DNA of 63,273 nucleotides from Kiritimatiellia bacterium (GTDB lineage Bacteria; Verrucomicrobiota; Kiritimatiellia; RFP12; UBA1067): NCBI GenBank assembly GCA_045598585.1, contig JAZLMG010000047.1, positions 1 to 63,273 of the forward strand, read 5' to 3'. Shown piece by piece: positions 57,039 to 63,273 of this stretch (position 1 is its first letter; each line of letters starts with the position of its first letter). The notes under the pieces were generated by a model. It saw only the letters and a program-made list of their open reading frames with translations, ran no database searches and was not told where the DNA came from. The position numbers and the translations under genes were made by a program.

Positions 57039-57996
57039 TTACCTCGAAAAGAAAGAATTCGAAAAGGAGCGTAGCGACAAGGGCTACCAGTCCGCTATGG
57101 CCGATTATTCGGCCGGCAAGCTCGACGAAGCTGTAGCGGGGCTGAAGAAAGTCGTAAAGTCCAACCCTGCGAACTCGTCAGCGCGTTTCCAGCTTGCTTG
57201 CCTTCAGCAGGATAAGCTCAAGGATCTTTGCGCGGCGTTTTCGAATTATACGGAATATCTTAATCAAGAGCCGACTAGCGACAAGGCCCAGCTTGCGAAG
57301 GATCGTCTCGATCTTTGCGAGAAGGATCTTGCGAAGGCGCTTGCCAAGAAGTACGGCATCATTTCGTCGACCGCCATCGCCGAGGAGTATCAGCGTTTGG
57401 AAGAAGACGTTAAAAAGCTTACCGCCAAGAACACTCAGAATCAGAAGGAAATCACCGAGCTGACTCAGGAGCTTGCGAATCTTCGCGCTGAGAATGAACG
57501 CCTTAAAAAGCAGTTCACCTCCATTGGGCTCGATGAAACCGATTTAGCTCAGCGCACAATCGATAAGGCGGCGCTGCTTGATGAGGCCGATGCCGATATC
57601 TCCGAGTCGCGCTTCGTAGCTGACGAAATTGCCGCTTTGAAGGCCGAGGAGCTTGATGAGCGCGAAGTTTCTGAAGAAGCGAAGGAACTTAAGGCGGAAG
57701 TCCTCCCGGAAGAGGATGCTGTCGCGCCTATAAAGGTGGCCGAGACGCCCAAGACTGAAGCTCCCGCCGCGCCGAAGAAGCAATCTTCCAAGTCGATGAT
57801 CACGTCTTTTTCGAAAGAAGAAGTAAAGGTCGAGAAGCCCGACACCTATATCGTTGAGGAAGGTGACACCTTGTATAAGATTGCCGTCAAGTTCTACGGT
57901 CGTTCTGCCGCGTGGCAGATGATTCGTGAAGCCAACAAGGAAACCGTTTCGACGGATGGCCGTGTTCGCGCGGGCCAGGAGTTGAAGCTTCCGTAA
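56977..57996 (+). CDS. Lipoprotein with TPR, coiled coil and C-terminal LysM
   Basis: GAGGAGG RBS then MKKNLKMATMLMAMTTLTAC; YIVEEGDTLYKIAVKFYG. Confidence 0.8.
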   Translation: MKKNLKMATMLMAMTTLTACDYLEKKEFEKERSDKGYQSAMADYSAGKLDEAVAGLKKVVKSNPANSSARFQLACLQQDKLKDLCAAFSNYTEYLNQEPTSDKAQLAKDRLDLCEKDLAKALAKKYGIISSTAIAEEYQRLEEDVKKLTAKNTQNQKEITELTQELANLRAENERLKKQFTSIGLDETDLAQRTIDKAALLDEADADISESRFVADEIAALKAEELDEREVSEEAKELKAEVLPEEDAVAPIKVAETPKTEAPAAPKKQSSKSMITSFSKEEVKVEKPDTYIVEEGDTLYKIAVKFYGRSAAWQMIREANKETVSTDGRVRAGQELKLP

Positions 57997-57997
57997 A

Positions 57998-58231
57998 ATG
58001 AGTTCGATCCACACCGCTACGCTTCGCGATTTGCATCCTTACACGCGCCGCAAGGTGCCGTGGAAGCTTGATGCGTTTGCGGGCTCCAAGCTCTTTCACT
58101 ACATCGCGGGCGGTGGCTCGCGTCAGTTCGGAAGAAGCGCCGCGCAAGATGAGCGCGAGTGGCGGCAGGGTCGGTTTTTGGTTAGAGCCGCGATCATTCT
58201 CGTATTGTGGCTCTGGTTCTACATCTTTTAA
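57998..58231 (+). CDS. Small hypothetical membrane protein
   Basis: 77 aa filling the operon gap; C-terminal TM. Confidence 0.55.
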   Translation: MSSIHTATLRDLHPYTRRKVPWKLDAFAGSKLFHYIAGGGSRQFGRSAAQDEREWRQGRFLVRAAIILVLWLWFYIF

Positions 58232-58245
58232 GTTAGGAACAAAGA

Positions 58246-58785
58246 ATGAAGAAATGTTTGATAGTTCTAGTCGGGATCGCGGCCTTGGAAGTTTTTGCCG
58301 CGCAGCCCACCGGCAATAATTTCATGCAGTCCCAGGCGATGGCGGAAGTGAATCGCGTTGCCGGTCAGCTCGATGTCGTTAACAATAACCTCGACGATCT
58401 TTCCCAGCGCGTCCACAAGCTTGAATCGAAGGGGAATGATAGCTCGCTTCGCCAAGAAATCGACGCTCTCAAGGCCGCGATTCAAGAACTTCGCAAGGAA
58501 ATGGCCAATCAGCGCGCCGAAATCGTGAAGGATCTTTCCGGCCGCATCGCTTCCGCTCAGGCCGCGCAGGCGAAGGAAGAAAAGGCGAAGGCGAAAGCTG
58601 CCGCGCAAGCAGCTTCCAAGAACACTTATGATGGCCCTGTGATGGAATATGAAGTGGTCTCGGGCGACAATCTCTTCTTTATCGCCAAGGCCTTCAATAC
58701 CTCGGTCAACAAGCTTAAAGAGATGAACAATCTCAAGAACAATAATTTGCGCGTCGGGCAGAAGCTTCTCGTCCCGAAACAGTAA
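58246..58785 (+). CDS. Exported coiled-coil LysM protein
   Basis: Signal peptide; YEVVSGDNLFFIAKAFNTSV...LRVGQKLLVP. Confidence 0.88.
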   Translation: MKKCLIVLVGIAALEVFAAQPTGNNFMQSQAMAEVNRVAGQLDVVNNNLDDLSQRVHKLESKGNDSSLRQEIDALKAAIQELRKEMANQRAEIVKDLSGRIASAQAAQAKEEKAKAKAAAQAASKNTYDGPVMEYEVVSGDNLFFIAKAFNTSVNKLKEMNNLKNNNLRVGQKLLVPKQ

Positions 58786-58796
58786 GGAGAAAAATT

Positions 58797-60149
58797 ATGA
58801 AGATTTTGGTTGTCGGTTCGGGCGGTCGTGAACATGCGATTACGTGGCGGCTTTCGAAGGACGCGGAAAAGCATGAGCTCTTTTGCGCGCCCGGCAATGC
58901 GGGAACGACTTCGATAGCGGCGAATCTCAATATCGGCGCGGAAGATGTGGCGGGAGTAAGCGAGTGGGCGAAAGCGAACAAGCCCGACCTCGTAGTCGTC
59001 GGTCCCGAGGCGCCGCTCGTGAAGGGACTCGTCGATGAGCTCGAAAAGCTCGGCATCCCCGCTTTCGGTCCCGTTCAGGCCGGTGCGCGTATGGAGGGCT
59101 CGAAGCGCTTTGCGAAGGAGATTATGGATGCTGCGGGTGTGCCGACCGGCATGGCGAAGACTTTCACCGCCGCCGCTGAAGCTAAGTCCGCGCTTCCCGA
59201 ATATGGCCTTCCCGTCGTCATCAAGGCCGATGGTCTCGCGGCAGGTAAGGGCGTTATTGTCGCTGAAACCTTAGCTCAGGCGGAAGAAGCGATTGATGAT
59301 ATGCTTATTTCCAACAAGTTCGGCGCGGCCGGTGCCGAAGTCTTGATCGAAGAATTTCTCCATGGCGAAGAGTGCTCGATTCTCGCGATGGTCGATGGTG
59401 AGAACGCGGTCCTCCTCCCTAGCTCTCAGGACCACAAGCGTGTCTTCGACGGCGACAAAGGTCCGAATACGGGCGGCATGGGCGCTTACTCGCCCGCTCC
59501 CGTCATCACTTCCGATAAGCTTCCGATGATCAAGGAGAAGATTATTCTTCCCGTCGTTCGCGAGCTTAAGAAGCGCGGCATCACTTATCGCGGCATTTTG
59601 TACGCGGGTCTCATGGTTAATAACGAAAATTCTTATCCGCATGGTCCTACCGCGAAGTCGGGCTCCGACATCAATGTCGTCGAGTCCAACGCGCGTTTCG
59701 GCGACCCCGAGACTGAAGCGGTTTTGCCGCGTCTTGGCGGCAACTTCGCAGCGGCGCTTTTGCACGCTGCGACCGGATGCCTCAAAGATGAAGATATTGT
59801 CGTTAAAGATGAATGTGCCGCGACTGTCATTCTCGCTTCGGGCGGCTACCCCGGCTCGTACGAGAAGGGGAAGGTAATTTCGGGCTTAGAGCCCGAAGAG
59901 GTCAAGGTTGAAGGTCAAGGTCAAGAGAATACAGTGGTCTTTCACTGCGGTACCCGTCTTCGTCCTTCGGACTCCGCCGTGGCAAGCGAAACGATTATCG
60001 AAACTTCCGGTGGGCGCGTACTTAGCGTTACGGGACTTGGCTCGACTTTGCGTGAAGCGGTCGATAATGCCTACGCCCGCGTAGAGAAGATTTCGTTCGA
60101 TACGATGTTCTATCGCAAGGACATCGCGCATCGCGCTTTCGAACGTTGA
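58797..60149 (+). CDS. purD: Phosphoribosylamine-glycine ligase
   Basis: GSGGREHA, KADGLAAGKGV, GPNTGGMGAYSP, RFGDPE. Confidence 0.98.
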   Translation: MKILVVGSGGREHAITWRLSKDAEKHELFCAPGNAGTTSIAANLNIGAEDVAGVSEWAKANKPDLVVVGPEAPLVKGLVDELEKLGIPAFGPVQAGARMEGSKRFAKEIMDAAGVPTGMAKTFTAAAEAKSALPEYGLPVVIKADGLAAGKGVIVAETLAQAEEAIDDMLISNKFGAAGAEVLIEEFLHGEECSILAMVDGENAVLLPSSQDHKRVFDGDKGPNTGGMGAYSPAPVITSDKLPMIKEKIILPVVRELKKRGITYRGILYAGLMVNNENSYPHGPTAKSGSDINVVESNARFGDPETEAVLPRLGGNFAAALLHAATGCLKDEDIVVKDECAATVILASGGYPGSYEKGKVISGLEPEEVKVEGQGQENTVVFHCGTRLRPSDSAVASETIIETSGGRVLSVTGLGSTLREAVDNAYARVEKISFDTMFYRKDIAHRAFER

Positions 60150-60871
60150 TTATAACACCGATAGCGAGCTCCTCGAAAGGGAACGCGTACCTCGTCGAGC
60201 ACGAGGGCGCGACTTTGCTTATCGATTGTGGAGTTTGTTATAAGAAGGTGAAGGACTTCGCCTTCGACTCGGTTCTTATAACTCACAATCATTCCGACCA
60301 CATTTCAGGGCTTAAGGTTCTTCTTAATCAGCGAGGCGACGTCACGATTTACGCGAATCAGATGACGGCCGACGCGACTCAGGCGACTACAGGGATAGAC
60401 CCCGAGAAAATCGTTTGTTTCGAAAACGATCAGAGCTTCGAACTCGGGCCCTTCGAGATTTCGCCTTTTTCGATTCCTCACGATGCCGCGGATCCCGTCG
60501 GCTACCTTATCAAGGCGGGAGGAGAGACGTATTTCCATGGTACGGATATCGGCTTTCCGCTTAAATCTATCGGCGAGAAACTCTCCGTGGCCGATTACGC
60601 GACCTTGGAATCTAATCACGACCCCATCATGCTCCAAACGAGCGGAAGACCGCGAGAGCTTAAGGAGCGTATTTCGGGAGATCACGGACACCTCTCGAAC
60701 GAAGAGGCTGCCGAACTCGTCAAGACTTATTGCAAGAAGGGGAAGCTTAAAAAGCTTTATCTCGCCCATCTCTCGGGCGAATGCAACGCGCCGCATCTCG
60801 CCGAAAGGTGCATGAAAGAAGCGCTCGAAGAAGCGGGGCTTAAGGACGTCAAATTGGAGATTATCGGTTAA
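60146..60871 (+). CDS. MBL-fold metallohydrolase (YycJ/WalJ-like)
   Basis: SSSKGN, THNHSDH, HDAADP, LESNHD, HGHLSN. Confidence 0.9.
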   Translation: MIITPIASSSKGNAYLVEHEGATLLIDCGVCYKKVKDFAFDSVLITHNHSDHISGLKVLLNQRGDVTIYANQMTADATQATTGIDPEKIVCFENDQSFELGPFEISPFSIPHDAADPVGYLIKAGGETYFHGTDIGFPLKSIGEKLSVADYATLESNHDPIMLQTSGRPRELKERISGDHGHLSNEEAAELVKTYCKKGKLKKLYLAHLSGECNAPHLAERCMKEALEEAGLKDVKLEIIG

Positions 60872-62820
60872 TGCTCGACTTTAAGGGAATATCGGTTCAC
60901 TATGGCCATCAGGATGTCCTCTCTGATGTCACGTTCCGCGTCAACAAGGGCGACAGAATCGGCGTTGTCGGCCCGAACGGCTCGGGAAAGTCGACGCTCT
61001 TCAAGATAGTCTTAGGCGAAATGTCGACCGATAAAGGCGAGCTTATAATCGAGGGCAATCCTCGCATCGGCTTCACGCGTCAGAATCCCGAGCCCGACAC
61101 GCCCGAAGAAACGCTTCTCGAATATTCGCTCCGCGGCGTTCCGGGACTTAGCGAAATCGAAGAAGAGATGGCCGAGCTCGAAACGCGCCTCGATGATCCT
61201 GCCGCGCTTCAGAAGTATGGTGAGCTCCAGACGAAGTTCGAGCATTTGGGCGGCTACGATATCGAAACACGCGTAAAGGTCGCTTTGGGAGGCCTCGGCT
61301 TTACGACCGAAGAGTTCACGAAGCCGTTCAAGAGCTTCTCGGGTGGTTGGAGAATGCGTGCGGAACTTTCGCGAGTTCTCGCTTCGAAGCCCGATTTGCT
61401 CTTACTTGACGAACCTTCGAACTATCTCGATCTTCCCGCCGTCGATTGGCTTCAAAAGTTCTTGAAGCTTTACGATGGGACGCTCATGCTCATTTCTCAC
61501 GACCGCTATCTTCTTCGCACGCTTACTTCGCTTATCGTCGAGGTTGACGCGGGAACGGCGACGCGCTATGAAGGCGGGCTTGATTGGTACTTGAACGAGC
61601 GCGAAGTCCGCTATCAGCATCTTCTCGCGGCGAAAGAAAATCAAGATCATCACCGCGAACAGCTCCAGCGCTTTGTCGATCGTTTCCGCGCTCAGGCGAC
61701 GAAGGCGGCTCAGGCCCAGTCGCGCCAGAAGCTTATCGACAAGATCGATGAAGAGCGCATCGTCCTCCCCAAGCGCTACACTCAGTCGGGTAAACTTCGC
61801 CTCGCCGAGCCCCCGCCTAGCGGAATCGAAATGTTCCGCTGTGAAGAACTCGGCTTTTCGTATGATGGCGTGAAGCAGGTTTTGAAGGATATTTCTTTCA
61901 AGATCGAGCGCGGCGAAAAGGTCGCTTTAATCGGCTACAATGGCCTCGGTAAGACGACTTTGATGCGCATTATCGCGGGTACTCGTACTCCGACTGCAGG
62001 CAAGGCGATTATCGGCCACAACGTTATCCCGGGCTATCTCTCTCAGGAATTCGCCGAAACGATTCCGCCGGATGTCTCGGTTTATCGCAATGCCAAAAAC
62101 GCGATTCCTCCGGGGATGAACGAAAAGAATTTCCGCAATCAGCTCGGCGCGTTCGGCTTCGACGAAAACGACATCGAAAAGCCTGCGGGTGTTCTCTCGG
62201 GTGGTGAGAAGATTCGCCTCGCGTTTTTGCGCCTCTTTCTTTCGGCGCCGAACTTCCTGCTCTTGGACGAACCGACGACTCACCTTGATCTCGATGGCCG
62301 CCGGCTTCTTCAAGACGCTTTACAGAAATACGCGGGTACGATTCTTCTCGTCTCTCACGACATCGATTTCGTCCGCGCGGTTGCGACCTCGATTCTCGAA
62401 ATCACGCCCGAAGGCATCCGCCAATACCCGGGCGGTTACGACTACTATCAAGAAAAGAAGGCGGAGAGAGAAGAAGCTTTCGGTAATAAACCTACCGCTA
62501 ACGTTGATTGTGATGCTTCGGCAGCGCCGAAGCTAACCTCGAAAGAACTTCGCCAGCAGCGCGCTGCGGAGCGTGCCAAAATCGCGCCGAAGGTAAAAGA
62601 GCTTAAGAAGCGCGTCGAAACGGCCGAAAAGAAGATCACCGAGCTCGAAGCGAAGCTCGAAGAAGCTTCGGCGGAGCTTTTCAACCCGACTCCGACGACC
62701 GATTTCGCAGAAGTGAATCGCCTTGTTCGCACGCTTCAGTTCGAAATCGACCGCTATACTGCCGATTGGGAAGAAGCGGGCACTGAACTCGAAGCCCTCC
62801 AAAGCTCTTTAGAAGCGTAA
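60871..62820 (+). CDS. ABC-F family ATPase
   Basis: Two ABC domains (GPNGSGKST, FSGGW; GYNGLGKTT, LSGGE), no TM. Confidence 0.95.
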   Translation: MLDFKGISVHYGHQDVLSDVTFRVNKGDRIGVVGPNGSGKSTLFKIVLGEMSTDKGELIIEGNPRIGFTRQNPEPDTPEETLLEYSLRGVPGLSEIEEEMAELETRLDDPAALQKYGELQTKFEHLGGYDIETRVKVALGGLGFTTEEFTKPFKSFSGGWRMRAELSRVLASKPDLLLLDEPSNYLDLPAVDWLQKFLKLYDGTLMLISHDRYLLRTLTSLIVEVDAGTATRYEGGLDWYLNEREVRYQHLLAAKENQDHHREQLQRFVDRFRAQATKAAQAQSRQKLIDKIDEERIVLPKRYTQSGKLRLAEPPPSGIEMFRCEELGFSYDGVKQVLKDISFKIERGEKVALIGYNGLGKTTLMRIIAGTRTPTAGKAIIGHNVIPGYLSQEFAETIPPDVSVYRNAKNAIPPGMNEKNFRNQLGAFGFDENDIEKPAGVLSGGEKIRLAFLRLFLSAPNFLLLDEPTTHLDLDGRRLLQDALQKYAGTILLVSHDIDFVRAVATSILEITPEGIRQYPGGYDYYQEKKAEREEAFGNKPTANVDCDASAAPKLTSKELRQQRAAERAKIAPKVKELKKRVETAEKKITELEAKLEEASAELFNPTPTTDFAEVNRLVRTLQFEIDRYTADWEEAGTELEALQSSLEA

Positions 62821-62888
62821 TTTAAGACTGTTCATTTGAATTTCTCTAGCCGTTCTAGGCGTTTTCTCCTCGGCACTAATACAAGTTA

Positions 62889-63032
62889 TCTAACGTTCGA
62901 TTCAAAAATATCTAACGTTAGATTTCATAATATCATACGTTAGATTTTGAAATGTCTAACGTATGATATTACCTTTTCTAACGTTAGATATTTTGATATC
63001 TTAGGTTAGAACTTTTGAGATCTAACGTTGGA
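62889..63032. repeat. Seven TCTAACGTTAGA-type palindromes at exact 22-bp spacing
   Basis: Starts at 62889, 62911, 62933, 62955, 62977, 62999, 63021; followed by TGATATAAT at 63035-63043. Confidence 0.9.
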
Positions 63033-63273
63033 TATGATATAATACTAGGCAAGAGGATTTAATTTGCCCTGTTCTCGCGTCTATTTCGATACTTGGATCG
63101 AAGCTTATCCGTAGTGCAAAGACGACGTCTCGAAAATCCACTGGGGCAGAGTCTAACACTTCTTCCGCAGCAAATACAAAGGTGCCGCGGAAGGGCGAAG
63201 AAGGTTTCCGTAGCCATATTTGCTAAATTGCTGCGCAATTTCCGGAGGATAAAGTCAGGTCGACATCGATTTT

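Noticed and set aside
59682-59711. PurD ESNARFGDPE instead of E(F/Y)NxRFGDPE as a sign of inactivation
   Set aside because: A single TTC/TCC difference could be a variant or a sequencing error; the rest of the gene is intact
62889-63032. CRISPR array interpretation of the phased repeats (also 13774-14126)
   Set aside because: Units of 11-22 bp are far too short for repeat+spacer, and no cas genes are present
63044-63273. Possible ncRNA or leader after the final promoter
   Set aside because: No recognisable RNA family or ORF and truncated by the window end; would need an Rfam search

Overview
Bacterial window with almost all genes on the + strand, in three parts. (1) 1-26319 is an accessory region. 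It interleaves three CesT-type chaperones and three putative type III effectors with an arylamine N-acetyltransferase, TA/defence-type genes (AAA-DUF4143, hipBA, RhuM, DUF3990+HTH, Fic), an HU-like gene, a deleted primase remnant with phased repeats, and a ~1970 aa adhesin-like exported protein. (2) 26364-55278 is a near-complete non-flagellar type III secretion system: SycD, SctE and SctB, four tandem Bsp22-like tip/filament paralogues, and SctC/W/X/V/D/F/I/Y/J/K/L/N/O/P/Q/R/S/T/U. An ECF sigma factor and a small candidate secreted anti-sigma sit between sctS and sctT, and a STAS + solute-binding protein + PP2C/kinase partner-switching module follows sctU. (3) 55307-63273 is housekeeping (scpAB, LysM proteins, purD, MBL hydrolase, ABC-F) plus a 22-bp-phased palindrome array. 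The strongest unannotated signal is a promoter motif, TGTAACC-N15/16-CGTA(T/A), found by eye 7 times. Every copy lies directly before effector, chaperone, translocator, adhesin or candidate anti-sigma genes, which defines a probable ECF-controlled secretion regulon. The host is probably PVC-superphylum (Kiritimatiellae/Verrucomicrobia-like), but that is inference. All family calls come from motif recognition and gene order, with no database searches.
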